Part shown: positions 26,499 through 39,795 of the stretch, piece after piece | Layout of the letters: each line of letters opens with the position of its first letter | How positions within the stretch are numbered: position 1 is the first letter of the stretch | Assembly: GCA_013239625.1 (NCBI GenBank) | Contig: MU054212.1 | Location: 3,224,001 to 3,288,000, forward strand | Origin: Lama guanicoe | Taxonomy: Eukaryota | DNA: 64,000 nucleotides | Direction: 5' to 3' | Program-made: the position numbers and the translations under genes | The notes under the pieces: generated by a model | Told to the model about the DNA's origin: nothing | Databases searched by the model: none | Seen by the model: only the letters and a program-made list of their open reading frames with translations

Positions 26499-26804
26499 AA
26501 AGTGCTGCTGCATATTTCACAGTTTGAAAAAGGGGTAATATTCGTAATAAAAATACCTTAAACATTTCCAGGTTTCAGAATGTGGGCCAGACAATGAAGA
26601 AAGGACTTTTAATGTCACAGCCTCCCTCCCTCCCTTTCTTTTTTCTTTCCTTCCTTCGTCACTCTCTCAACAAAAATTTCTCCTTATGCACACCACATGC
26701 CAGAAAAACAGACCTCTGGGCGTGCTATTAACATTTTCATCCTAGATGGTAAAAGACAGAGGCAAGTAACATCAAGTGATATCAGAAGCAATAAAGTGAT
26801 CACT

Positions 26805-27015
26805 AAAATTTACTGTGAACATATCATGAGCTAGACGTTAGGGACTTGACAGCTATTTTTCTCACTTACGCCTCATAACAGCTCTATGAGGTAATACTAT
26901 TATATCTCCATTTGTGTATAAGGGGAGTAAGTTGAGGGAAGGGATGGTCACATGACTCCCAGAGATTCCAGCCCTGGTAGTTTGAGATTAGAACTTGCAC
27001 TCTTAACTTTTACAC
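26805..27015 (-). mobile_element. MIR relic
   Basis: cctcataacagctctatgaggtaatactattatatctccattt is the reverse-complement MIR core. Confidence 0.65.
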
Positions 27016-27479
27016 TGGACTCCCTCCAGGAGTAGGTTTCAGCCGCACGGCATGCAGAGGGCATATGCGAAATTGGTTTCATTTCCTTTCCACTAATAGT
27101 GCTGGAGCAAAAGAGGGATGCTCCGAATATCAGCACAGACTTCCTCCGCAAGCAGGTGTGTGAGTTTTAACACGTTTACTCTCTCAGGGCTTCAGTTAAT
27201 CCATTTGTAAAACGAAAAATTAGCACCAGAGCATCTCCAGAGCTCCTCCCAGATACAGACCTTCCATTATTCTAAAGAGGCAGCTGTGGGGCAGTGAGAA
27301 TCCACCGAGTCTGGAGTCAGAAGAACTAGGTTTGTTTTAACAGCCAGCATCCTCATCGAAGCCCCTGTCACAGGGCTCTGCATCCATAACTTCTGGCTTG
27401 TCTTCTCTGGACTTCAGCTGCCTGGAAGACGATTTCCTAGTCCAAGTATCATCTGGAAATGCAATGATCCACCCTCTCA

Positions 27480-28053
27480 ACAATACATTATTGTTGACTG
27501 GAGGTACAATGCTGTACTGTAGGACTGGAGAGCATCTTGCCGGACTGAAATTTTATGCCTGTTGATTAGTAACCTCCTTCCCCACTCTTCCCCCACCCCC
27601 TCAGGTAACCACCATTTCACTCTTTGATTCTATGACCTTGACTATTTTTGATTCCTTATATAAGTGGAATCATGTAATATTTGTCTTTGGGGTCTGGCTT
27701 ATTTTACGTAGCATAATGTCCTCATGGTTCCTCCATGGTGTTGCATGTCACAGAACTTCCTTCTTTTTGAAGGCTGAATAGTATTCCATTGCATGTATAG
27801 ACTATATTTTCTTTATCCATTCATCTGTCAATGGACCTTTAGGGGTTTCCACATCTTGGCTATTGTGAATAACACTGCCATGGGCATGGGAGAGCAAATA
27901 TCTCTTACACATTCTGGTTTCAATTCTTCTGGATAAGCACCCACAAGTGGGATTGTTGGACTATATGGTGGTTCTATTTTTAGTTTTTTGAGGAACCTCC
28001 ATACTGTTTTTCCATAGTGACTACACCACTTTGCATTCCCACCAGCAGGGTGT
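27480..28053 (-). mobile_element. L1 (L1MA/L1MB-like) 3' fragment
   Basis: taagtggaatcatgtaatatttgtcttt, aggctgaatagtattccattg, ttttgaggaacctccatactgttttt and ttgcattcccaccagcag. Confidence 0.92.
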
Positions 28054-29249
28054 ATGTAACTGCCAGAGAATTCAAAATCAAAGTCTCAGTTTCTGAATTC
28101 TTTCTTGTCCTGTTCTGTGGCCGCAGGTTTTGCTTTTTAGATGTGAGACTTGAACTCATGTCCAGTATTTCTTCATTGTAAGCTCTGGCTCCAAAAAGGA
28201 GCTATGCCCATAAAATAATGCACCTGATTTGGAAGGGTGTTCACATCATTCCTTCCCTTCTCTGCATTTTCAGGATTGTTTTGCTAACCAGCATGATCCA
28301 CGTGAACCTTTTTCTTTTCATCTGAAATACAGTCTCTGTTTACACTGCTGACTCCCAAGTCTTAAACTGTGTCGCTCACCTGAGCTCCAGATTAGAGCTT
28401 GTTTGTACTCTTAACCTTTACACTGGACCAACTGAAAATAGAAAAATAGGAGCCTACTGAAGTAGATTATTTAAAATGAGAAAAACTAGTTAAAAGGTTT
28501 AAAATAAAGATGTTGTGCATTATCTACCTATAAAAAGCACATGTGCTTCATGGCAGTGCAACAGTGTATATGATATAATCCTGAAAGCAGATTGAATACA
28601 GATGCGGGATGATTCAAGTTGCTGAAAAGAGGGGAGTAAGGAGCATCGGTTCATCTGAAGGGACACAGAAGAAGCAGGAATCTTCCTCTGAAGGTAAGTC
28701 CCCAAGCTGAGGATGACTGGACTTGTTCCAGCTCTTCTTTCTCTCCAATTTCAGGGAAGAAAGAAGAGGGATGGACAGTAAAACCAGAAACCCTTCTTCC
28801 CTCCTCTGCTTGCGTGAACTGGCAATCACCCAGCACAAAGATCACTGCTGGAAATACAATGTGACCTGGAGTTAGTTACATTGTAGGGTTTCTACAGAAG
28901 AAAAAACAGGCACTGCTGTCTCCCTCCCTCCCTCCCTCCCTTCTTTCCTTCCTTCCTTCTTTCCTCAGTTTCTTTCTTCAACATTTTACTATGAAAATTT
29001 CCAAACATACAGAAGAATGAAAAACCTTCATTTCTTAAGACCATATTTCTCCGTCCGTCAGATGGAGCCAAGTGGTCTCAGAACTCCCCCACTACTGGGT
29101 GGGACCAGAAAATTCTAAACCTCTAACTGCCTGAGCAAAGGACTGGACCATTCATGATCGGTTCTGACATTCTGGTCATCTTATCAGTTTCATCATACCT
29201 GCAGCTAGTTGATGACCCCTGTTAGACAACACCTGACTGCTTAGATCAT

Positions 29250-29380
29250 TTAATTTATTTTAAATTTTATTTTATTGTGGTAAGAACACTTAACATGAAG
29301 GAGATCTACCCTTTGAACGCATTTTTAAGTGTACAATACAGTGTTGTTCACGACAGGTCAGTGCTGCACAGCAGATCTTC
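29250..29380 (-). mobile_element. Short L1 3' end
   Basis: ttttattgtggtaagaacacttaacatg...agatctaccct...ttaagtgtacaatacagtgttgtt. Confidence 0.75.
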
Positions 29381-30276
29381 CCACGCATTACTTAAAAACA
29401 GGAGACAGTGAACTCCATCTTTCAAAGCCATCTAGTTTTTGCTTGTTTGGTTTTTTACAATCTCTCAATGACTCTGACAACTGCCAAGGTTAACTGTTTC
29501 CTGAAAAGTTCAGTGAAATTCAGACATTGTGGCCATCATTAGAATACTAAGCATAGGACATTACTGGTCCTTTAATGTGAAACCAGGATCTAATCCAGAT
29601 GTATTAGGAAGTTGTTACTTAAAGACTTCTGTTAGGGAGTTAAAAAGTATTCAGCTGATTCTCTCTCTTGATTTTCTTCCTCATGTGGAGGGGGCAAATG
29701 ATTTTTTTCTTGTTTTTTTCAATAAATGCCAGAAAGGTAAATTCAATTCTAGGAATGCATTTACATTCTACTGTTTAACAAATTCTGTACATTTGCATCA
29801 AATTAAATAAAGGAAGATGTTAACATTGTAATATATTCGACAATCAAAAACACCATCCTGAATGATGTAGCCAAAACTCTTTACGTGTTGGTTATTTTAG
29901 GCCCCAAATTATTTTAGCTAAACCAGTGCAGTGATTTTTAACATGGTCATTTAATTAACATTAAAAATACAGCAATAATTCATATTTATATATGAACTAT
30001 GAGTTATATATTTGAATAAGAGGTAATTTTTTTTTTTTTTTTTTTATTTTTTTAGTTTACAGCGGTGATTCTACAAACATGTTAATTAAGCCTACTTTGA
30101 ATGGTTCGGCTCCTCTTTTCACAAATGCCTTTATAATTCCCAGGAAGTCGATGCACAGCTGTCCCCCAGCACACAAAGACCACTACTGTTTCCTTCTGCT
30201 GAGAAGGCCTGGCGAGGGCGGACACTAGGAAGGCATGCAAACACTCGTTAGGGTCACTTTGCAATTAAAAAAAAAA

Positions 30277-30532
30277 GGCGGGAGGGATAATTTAGAAGTT
30301 TGGGATCAACAGATACACACTACTATATATAAAATAGACAAACAGCAGGGACCTCCTGTACAGCACAAGGAACTATATTCAATATCCTGTAATAACCTAT
30401 AATGGAAAAAGAATATATATGTATGCATATATATATATATATAAAACTGAATCACTTTGCTGTATACCTGAAACTAACACAACATTGCAAATCAACTATA
30501 CTTCAATGCAAAAGTTTTGTTTTGAAAAAAAA
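30277..30532 (+). mobile_element. L1 3' UTR fragment, same family as 25578-26498
   Basis: Shares gggataa..tttgggat..actatatataaaa..taataacctataatgga..aactgaatcacttt..gactatacttcaa/aactatacttcaa with 26270-26490. Confidence 0.9.
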
Positions 30533-31909
30533 ATTGAACATCCCATGACAGAGAAATTGTCATATTCATATCCTATTATTTTCTAAGATTTAGAAGCCCC
30601 TATATTAATGGCAAATGAGTTACTGATAAATGTGCTTGACTGCAAGTAAAAGAGATGCAACAGAGAGTTGCGCTTAAGGCGTGAGATGCAATGTTAATGA
30701 AATCCTACAATCTCCTTTCAGTCCGATCTCCCCCAGTTGCTTCTGAAGGTAGACTCCCATTTCCAGTTGCATGTAGGCAGGTAGGGGAGGAATTCTGCTT
30801 GAAAATAACATTCTTTCCCTGTATTTACGTACACTTTTGAAAATTAATAGCAGAATACTGAAAATCAACAAGCACCAGAAAGGCTGAATTATTAAAGAAA
30901 CAGTGATTTTTGTGCCTTGTTTTTAATGTTGCAGTGATCTAAAAGGTAATATTCATTATCTGTTCAGGCAAACAGACTGACTCTGAGGCAACCAAGATTC
31001 ATCCGTAGCAAATCTGAAGGCAAAGTTCAGAAAACACCATCCCACCCCCCAAATACTCCAAATCATCAAATCAAAGAATTTTTTAAAATATGTATGAGAT
31101 TTTTCCCCATCTCAGATAGAACTTCGGTGCTGTGCCCTTGACTCACAGTAGCAAATAATAAATGTTCTTTTAATCTTCAACAAATGAATGAATAAATGAA
31201 TGACTTCACTTCCAAATTGAATTAGGATGCAGGAATTGATATGCAGAACTAAGAAAGTTTGCATGAATTTCTGGCTAAGGAGGCACTCACGGCTCCGGGG
31301 GTGGTTAAAAGATGATCCTCTGTACCCCAAATGCTCTGACTAGGGGGCTCAGACCCTTCTCACATGTGTTCCCACTTCCCTGGTTTTCTCATCTTCCCTT
31401 TGCAATTTCTTCCCACCATTCTCCAGGAATTCTTCCCTTAGGAAACTCACAGGACCATTTTCTGTGTGGGATGATTTAACAAAACCACTTGTTCCTTCTT
31501 TGGTTGAACCAATATTTACTTCTTCCAGGCCTGGTGAAAGGCCCCAGGGACAAAACAGAACCATAAGCAACTTCTGTCTTTGTTTTCCAGACACTGTTCC
31601 ATTTTATTCAAAACCAAGCTCAAGAAATCAAGAACCAAGAACATGCAAGGACCTCAGTCTCCGGACAGGCATTCCAGGACTGGGCATGTTGCCGATACAG
31701 GCTCACTCAGTCCGGTCCTGGTGCCAGGACAGTGCCTGGAGAATGGAGAGCATTCAATAATGGAGAGTTTGCTAAATACATTTAGTAGCTCATCCAACAT
31801 CTGTGCATTCAGTGCTTACTACGCTCCAGGTGATAAGGCTACGCTGGTAAGAAGGAGATCCAAGTTCCCTGCCCTGGAGGCGGGGGGGGGGGGAGGACGC
31901 AGCCTAGAG

Positions 31910-32365
31910 CAGTGCTGTCCAACAGAACTTCCCATGGGGACGGAAATGTTCAGCTCTGCACGGTCCGCTGGGCGAGCCCCTGACCGAACACTTGTTCTGT
32001 GGCTAGTACAACTGAGGAACTGACTTGCAGAGTTTAATTAATTTAAATTTAAATTTAAAAAATGAAGCAGTGTAAAACATGTTTCCATTAAACACAACTT
32101 TGTTGTTTGGGCGGGACTACAGTTTTCTTTAACTGTGGTATCCTGGGCACTGTGGATCTTCGTTGTGTGTCTGGCAAATGCAGAGTTTCTAGCATCTCAT
32201 TTATCATTTTTTATATAGATTACAGGTTGAAATGATAGTTTTTAATATACTGGGTTAAATAGCATATGATTACATTAATCTCATCTATTTCTTTTTACTT
32301 GTTTAAAATGTGGCTACTCAAAAATTTCAGTTTACATCTCTGTTTTGAATTGTATTTCTATTGGA
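31910..32365 (+). mobile_element. hAT-Charlie (Charlie1/MER3/MER33-like) non-autonomous DNA transposon
   Basis: Left end cagtgctgtccaacagaactt...tgtggctagtacaactgaggaactga; right end tgtggctact...tatttctattgga. ctaga is present on both flanks. Confidence 0.75.
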
Positions 32366-32479
32366 TCTAGAAGCAAGCAAGAGAGAGGGAACAAAACCAA
32401 ATAAGCAAATAAATAATTATGAAATCTAGAGAATCTTACAAATCTAATCATTCTTTCTGCCTAGGTTAAAACCTTATAG

Positions 32480-33050
32480 GGTACCATATGATCCAATAAT
32501 TTTACTTCTGGCTGTATATTCAAAAGCATCAAAAGCAGAGTCTCGAAGAGGTATTTGTACACCCATGTTCATAGCAGCATCATTCTAATAGCCAAAAGGT
32601 GGAAGCAACCCAAATGCCTACTGATGGATGAATGGATAAACAAAATTCAGTATATCCATACAACTGAATATTGCTCAGCCTGTAAAGGCAAGAAAATTCT
32701 GGCACATGCTACAGCATAGATAAATCTTGAAGACACTATGCTGAGTGAAAGAAGCCAGTCACAAAAAGACAAATATTATATAATTCTACTTATATGAGGT
32801 CCTAAGATAATCAAATCTGTAGAGACAGAAAGTAGAAGGGTGGCTGCCAGAGGTTAGGGGGAGGGAAAAAAGGGGAGTTGTTTAATAGGCACAGAGTTTC
32901 AGTTGTGCAACATGAAAAGCGTTCCACGGACGCATGGTGGTGATGCTAGCTTAACAATGTGAAGATACTCAGTGCCGCTGGACTGCACATTTGAAATGGT
33001 TAAGATGGTAAAATTCGTTATGTGTATTTTACTGTAATTAGACACATTTT
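32480..33050 (+). mobile_element. L1 (L1MB-like) 3' end
   Basis: taccatatgatcca..., tagccaaaaggtggaagcaacccaaatg, agccagtcacaaaaagacaaata and aaatggttaagatggtaaa. Degenerate TSD aaaacctt(a)tag on both flanks. Confidence 0.92.
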
Positions 33051-35536
33051 TAAAACCTTTAGTGGGAAAATAACTATATTACTCCAGAAAGACTTAGGGC
33101 ATTTCCAGGCATTATGAGTCAATGAAAAGCATTAAATTTAATATAGTTCATATTTACTGATCTATATGTCCCAGCATAAACATTTTCGAGTGGCAGGGAA
33201 GCCAGCAGATTAGATACAAAAATGGTCAAAGAAAACAATGGAAAAATGCACTAAATAAGGTCAGGTCTGAATGTGGTGTTTAACAGAGAGCTGTGTTCTC
33301 AGAGAAGGCCTGGGTAGAATTGCATTTCAGGGATATTTCTGAGGAGGAAAAGAACACATTTGACTGAGAAATATAGATTGTTTCTGTGCAGTGAGAAATA
33401 AGAGATTTATAGTCATGCTAATAACTACATAGTGGAGATGTGTAAGCAAATGCAGGTAAGCAAAGAGATTCAAGAGCCACTTGGTGAGGACTCAGACAAG
33501 ATAAAGACACCAAACAAAGGCATGGGCCACGGTCAGGATCATCTTCTATAAATAGTTCAAAGGCAAGCTAAGACACTAATGATCACATTGAATAAAATTT
33601 AAATGTGCTATCTGGAGTCAGTAATGCAGTAATTTACGGCCATTCATTAGCCCCTCAGTATGAATTAGTTGACTAGACGACTCAGCTGTTTCTGGAAGAG
33701 TCCCCTGACCCCGCTCTTCCCCACACCTTGTACCTACCCTGGTGGCGCTGTCTCCTTCTCCAGCTAAGGCTCTGCCCCTTTCAGAGTTCCTCCGATGGCG
33801 ACTCAAGTCATAACCTCACTCCTGGGGTCAGCCGTCTTCGGCTGTTTCTTGTTTCCTCAGAGTCTCATGGCTTCTCTCCTGTGCTGCAAATCCTCTTATC
33901 TGGGAATTTTCCAGTGAGATAATAGGACAATTTATACGACTGATGACTGTATTGCTCAGCTCCAATGACTCCATTCACTTTAGCAGGTTTCCAGTTACAC
34001 AGGGTACAAGTATATCATTTACAGTTGATTAAAATGTTTGTGATCATTTCTACTAAAAAAAAAAAAAGCAAGTTGGGCATCTGTCCCTTGGTTAGAAATA
34101 CAAGTTCATTGTTTTCTTTGTGGGAAAATCTGGTACGACTTAAGGCTCCTTTCACAAGAACGCCTAAGGATCATGATATTCTATTCCTGTGGGCATTTTT
34201 TATCGTTTGTTAATATAAGTGCCACTTTCAACTAATCAAAGTACATGTTTACCTAGGATGCTCCATTCCCGTATCAGGTCAGGTGAGAGTGTAGTTACTG
34301 TTCTATTGACTGATACACACACCTAGGTGCCCTTTGATGCAAATTCCACAGTAAATTCAAACCAGCATGAGCCTAATTTGGTTGAGGCTCTGCTCTGGCT
34401 CGTACTGCTTTAATGAGCTCCATCACAGAGCTCCTGAAAGTCCATTTTTTATTTGCATTCCTTTCGATTTTAATTGGGAGTTCCTTGTGGCTTTCTTACA
34501 GAATATTTAATTTAAGCCAAAAGCCCGAAGTAATTTTTGGCTAACAAAATCATGAAACTCTTCTTCATTTTTCTCTCCTGGATGAAAGAAACACAGAGAT
34601 GTTGCTCAAGAATCAACCTGGTTAAAAGTTTTCTCTTTTTCAGTTACACACCACACGGCTTTAAGGGAAAATCTTTTGTGATGCAGTGAAAGAGTATTTC
34701 TTCCCTGCTGCCTAAAGAAACCATGTTTCAAGTCTCAACTGTGTGCAGATAAGTCCTGCTCTGTGCACTATACTAGCAATCCAAATTAAACACGTGAGGG
34801 AATTTCAGAGAGTTGTATTTCTACCTATACTTTGACGATCTGGGGTGATGCTGGCAATCTCTCCCACATTAGCTGTTCATCGTTACAGATTTCTTCAGTC
34901 TGCACACACACACTGCTTTAAATGCAGTGTCACACAATGAAATTTAAGGGATTTTCAAAACAACGTGGCACAGCTGTGTTCATTCATTCTCTAGCATAAA
35001 TTCGACTAGCCGGAAAATGAAGTTTGTTTAAAAATAAACTCTTCAAGACTCCTTTTAATGAAAAGCTGGTGCAAATGTCTTCCAGGTTGTGGATGGAAAC
35101 ATGCATCTAAGATACCTTATTTCACTCGATGATAAATATTGCTCTGAAACCATAAACCCAGAGAGAATTGGTTTTTTTTTTTTACATTGATTTCATGAAC
35201 ACAGTTCAGAGAGCCAGTCCTTCAGAAAAGCTGTTTAAAAAAACAAACGGGCCAGAGACGGATTGCCTGGGAGGCGGAAGCAGAAAACTGGTAGCTTAGA
35301 ACCAGAGGACGGATAAACATGAGACACCGTTTATACCAACCTGAGCCACGTGGGCACAGAATACGAGAAACGAGTATTTTACTTGTGTTTTCACTGAAGC
35401 CCTGGGGCCTGCTTTGGGCTGAATGTGGATCGCAGGTCTGGTTTGAGCCTCAGCTTTGTTATTTGTTGGCTAACAGAGGGACCGTGGCCAAGCAGTGGGA
35501 GATGCAGAGGCTCTGCTCTCAGGCCGAGATCCGATC

Positions 35537-35758
35537 CGGTGGTGCGCTGGTCAGCGTTTAAGAACTGGCTCTCCGGTAACAAGCCAACCAACCCACACGG
35601 CTTTGTAATGTTCGGCAATTTCTGCGGTGTAAATGCTCCCACCACAGCCCGCTGAAGCTCCTCCACGACCTCACGGACCACAGAGCCGGGAACAGACACG
35701 CCCCACGGTTCTCTCCCAACACCTCCCCGGAGAGACGAGCCGCTCCAGCAAGCCACCG
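35537..35758 (-). mobile_element. MER63-like hAT (Blackjack) MITE
   Basis: Imperfect TIRs cggtggtgcgctgg...ccagcaagccaccg. Internal ggtgtaaatgctcccacca and ggctctcc motifs match recalled MER63A. Confidence 0.7.
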
Positions 35759-36059
35759 CCTACGCGTCACTCCCGGCGCTGCCAGCTCACCCACGGGGTC
35801 GAAGGCACGTTACTTCCCTTCTCCACATCTCAGTTTTCCAATTCGTAAGATGTTGACCATGAACAAAGTTCACAAGGCCACTCTTGGAGTAAAACAGAAG
35901 GCCCTGAGCACAGAGCCTGAAAGAGCAGATCTCAGTGAACATCGATTCCCCCGACTTAATGGCTGAATGACTCTGTCCTGTGTCTGTCTCTGTCTCTTTC
36001 TCCTCCTCTCCACGGGCAAACTCTTTGAAAGAGCAAGTCTGCATTTGTTCTTAGTTGTT

Positions 36060-37440
36060 CTCTACTCCCTCACTCAACCCATCGCTATCTGGGTTTCCCT
36101 GACAGAACTCCTAAAAAAGGATTTCTTTGCGGGGACCAGCAGAGTTTTCCCCCCAACTCCAAGGGACACTTTTCAGTGCTTATTTTATTTGATTGCTCTG
36201 GGGCATCTGACATGCTTGGCCAATCCCTCCTTCTTCTTCTGTCTTTCTCCCTCTCTTGGGTTCAGACACAGAGAACTCTGCTGATTCCCAGAGGACAATG
36301 CTGATGGACCTTTCTCAGGCTCTGGCCTCTGGTTTCTCTCACCGTGTTCTTTGTCAATGTCAGGGATTTTCCAAGGATGCGTCCTCGCCTCTTCCCTTCT
36401 CAAACCCCCATCTCTCTCTGGGCCAACTCATTTATAACCAGGGCTTCCACTCTTATCCAGGGGCCAACGACTTGAAAGGCAAGCCTGCATCTCAGACCTG
36501 TCTCCGGAGTTCCTGACTTGTGATGCCTGCTGCTTATTCAACATTCTTGACATTTCTGCCTTCATTTCCCAGAGGTCACACTATAATCAACAAAGATACG
36601 ACACAACTTATCATTTCCCCACCAGACCTGCCCCTCCTCCTGGGCTCCCTAGGTGGAGTGCACTGTTCATCTCATTTCTTAGGCTGGACACCTAGGAGTC
36701 ATCCTCCTTTACCTCCCCTACCCAATCAAACGGGCAGTTCTACCTTGTAAATAATCTGCATTCCCCTTCCTCAGCTCCCTCTCTAATGACACTGTCTGCC
36801 CTCAGACCCCTCAGACCCTCACCCCTGCATTCTTAGATACTTCAAGAGCTGTACCACCTGATTTCCCTGCCTCCAGTCAATTCCCCTTCCATTCACACTT
36901 CCTCTGGAGGACGTTTATAAAAATGCAAATAGATTATGTAATTCCTTGCCTTTCATCAGCTTCCCACAGCTACTGCATAAAGTCCAAACTCCATGGGATG
37001 GCGTAATGGTCCTTGCTGATTCTGGCTCATGCTTACTTGTCTGGCCACATCTCTTGCCTCCTATCCATTTATGACTACACTCCAGTCTTATTAACCACTA
37101 ACCTTCCCCTCAATAGGCCATGCTTTCTCTTGTCTTTGTCTCTCTGGAAAGCCAGCCCTCTCCCCTCCTCTATGTATTAAATTGCAATTCTTTCTTCAAG
37201 GACCAGCTCAAGCCCCTCCTCTTCTATGAACGCTTCTTTGAAATTCTCATGACACCTTGTACGTGATTCCCTAAAAGGCACAATTCATGCTGTATTATAG
37301 TCATCTGTATGTACTTCTTTTTCTCTCCCAGCTGAAAGTGGATGAATCAAAACATTAATGCCATATCTTATTCATCATTGCATCTCCAGTGTCAAGCACA
37401 AAGCCTGGACCATGAAAATATTTATCAAATTGAATGTATC
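36060..37440 (+). mobile_element. L2 LINE relic
   Basis: Long pyrimidine-rich L2 body ending atcttattcatcattgcatctccagtgtcaagcacaaagcctgg. Confidence 0.75.
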
Positions 37441-37513
37441 TACTTAAAAAGGTCTCCTCAGATTCCTTCTTTGCTCCTCTGGGGTGTCAAATGAGATGGA
37501 ATCCAGACAAGAG

Positions 37514-37727
37514 TTTGTTTTTTTTTTTAATTGAGATATAATTGACACACATTATATTAATTTTAAGTGTACAACATAATGATTCAATATTTGTATATAT
37601 TGCAATAAGTCTAGTTAACATTTTTCACTGCACATAATTACAAATTTGTTTCTTTTTTTCCCTGTGATGAGAACTTTTAAGATCTACTCTTTTAGCAACC
37701 TTCAAATAAGAAATATAGTATTATTAA
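37514..37727 (-). mobile_element. L1 3' end with poly(T)
   Basis: tttaattgagatataattgaca...gtgtacaacataatgattcaatatttgta...gatgagaacttttaagatctactct. Flanks gacaagagttt/gacaagggttt are a probable TSD. Confidence 0.85.
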
Positions 37728-38293
37728 AGGACAAGGGTTTTTGCAAGCTATGAAGACATTAAGATGATAGGCGTTTTCAATCTTGAGTCTAATTGGAATA
37801 ATGACTCTCAAAGTGAGGATAAAACATGAAGAATATTACAAAATATTAATGTCCAAGAAATGATGGGCTTTTCAAGAATGATAGTTTACTTCAATGTGTT
37901 TGTTGTAACATAATCTGCCTGCTAGCTTCATATGTTTAATGTTGGTGACCATTAATTAAAACAATGACCAACTAGGTCTTTTCGTGCTTATTTTGAGGAT
38001 TTTTTTTGGCTAGGGTACAAGAATTACAGCAAAAAGCACTACAAAACAGTAATTGCATCGAGAAAAATCATGCTAAATATGCATCCACTTGAAAATTTGC
38101 ATTCAATAAATACCATACAAGTAAGTGAACATTCTATTCCCGCACAGGTGGAACAATGTATTCAGTATCTAACTTTTTAAAACCTGAATGGCTGCATGTT
38201 CAATGTGTGTTTAAAAGTTTCAAAACGGAAGTACTATTGCTGGTTTAGAACACTTCAAAGAAGCGAAAAGCTCATTAAAAAAAATAAGTAGCT

Positions 38294-38385
38294 GAGGGAG
38301 GGTCTAGCTCAGTGCTAGAGCACATGCTTAGCACACTTGAGGTCCTGGGTTCAGTCCCCAGTACCTCCATTAAAAGAAAAAAAAA
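38294..38385 (+). mobile_element. tRNA-Ala-derived SINE, short form
   Basis: gagggagggtctagctcagtgctagagcacatgcttagcacacttgaggtcctgggttcagtccccagtacctcca plus A tail. TSD taagtagc on both sides. Confidence 0.9.
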
Positions 38386-39571
38386 GTAAGTAGCAAGGAC
38401 TGAGCTTACAAAGCAGATGCTCCACCATTTGCTGAATTTCCAATAATACATTTCACCTTTTGAGTTGAGGAAAAAAATAACATTCTTCTTCTTTACTGGT
38501 AACTTTTCCCAAATTATGCAAATGACAAAAGGATTTCTAACCCCGAGGATGTTCTAATGTCACAAATGAAAAGAACGCAACTTTATTTTGAAATACTCCT
38601 TATCATCTCTGTCGGTAACTCTTATTCTTCTCTGTCCACTGGAACTACTCTTTATTCAATACTTGACTGGATTTGAAAGTGTTCCCTTTTTAGGAAAATA
38701 TTGGAACAATACACATTTAGCAGATGGTGCCTCTACAGTCTACGTTTGTAAGCCTTCTAATACATCTTTTCCTAAATAATAACTTATGAAGCCCCTTTCT
38801 CTGTGAGAATTCTTCTTTGAATTTTTTGCTGGGTTCCTTTTTAAAGAAACAGGATTTCCTTGACCCCTAAAGAGATCTTTCTCCTGATAAGATAAAAATA
38901 CTTCAAACTCAATACAGACTTTGTTATAATCTATGTAGTATGGCTGCTTCTTTTTCTTTTCTTTTTTTCTATTTTTCTGATGAGGAAATTGGGTGCTTCA
39001 AACAATCAAGGGCAAATAGATAACTGATGACAGCAGTAATCTGCCTCTTGATATTTGACTATTTACCACTACGCAGCCATATATTTTTAGTATTATTTAC
39101 CAACCCAAATAGCCAAATTTAGCTTTGAAGTTGCTGGCCATGTTGTATGAATTTGACATGGGTTTCCAAACTCAACGTCAAGCGGCATATGCTTTGAATT
39201 ATTTTTCAAAAATGGCTAAGCTTACCATAGCTTTTTAAAAAAAATGACACCAGGTTATACGCATCTCTTGTCACACATTTCCAGCTGATCAAAAACAGCA
39301 TCATATTCGTAACAACAGCCAGAGTTACAATCAGGATGCAAACAACTTTCTCCCCAAAAGAAGCTAAACAGACTACAGAACAACTTTATTTCACAGTCTT
39401 AGCCCCATTAGCTATATGCTCTATGGTGCGGCAAGTCAGTCTAAAGTAATTTAGCTCAGCTTTGGAATATGACTCATTCAGTTATATAATAAGATGAGAG
39501 CCACTGAAAGTTTTTGTGTTGATCCATATACACACATAATGGAGCCATTTCAATAAAGTAATAACGGTAAG

Positions 39572-39795
39572 TAGAATCATAGACACAAAATTGGAAAGAA
39601 ACGGAGGAACGGTCCAACCAAACTCTTCATGAATCTCTCATCAACATCACTTGCAGGTGATGGCCAAACCTCTGTACAGCTTTACACACACAATCTCATT
39701 CTTCCCAGGCCTGGAGAGGTGCCCTTGTTAAGAAGTTATTTTTTATTGTGAGAAAAACTTACCTCTGTGACTTTCATTCTTAGTGCAAGATTCTT
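39572..39795 (-). mobile_element. L3/CR1 LINE 3' relic
   Basis: agaatcataga...ttggaa...gtccaacc...ttgttaagaagttattttttattgtgag..aaacttacctctgtgactttca resembles recalled L3 in reverse complement. Confidence 0.55.

Noticed and set aside
28591..28699. Plus-strand exon ending AAG|gtaagt (possible antisense lncRNA)
   Set aside because: No convincing acceptor. Similar isolated perfect donors occur elsewhere (e.g. 56541), as expected on the non-transcribed strand.
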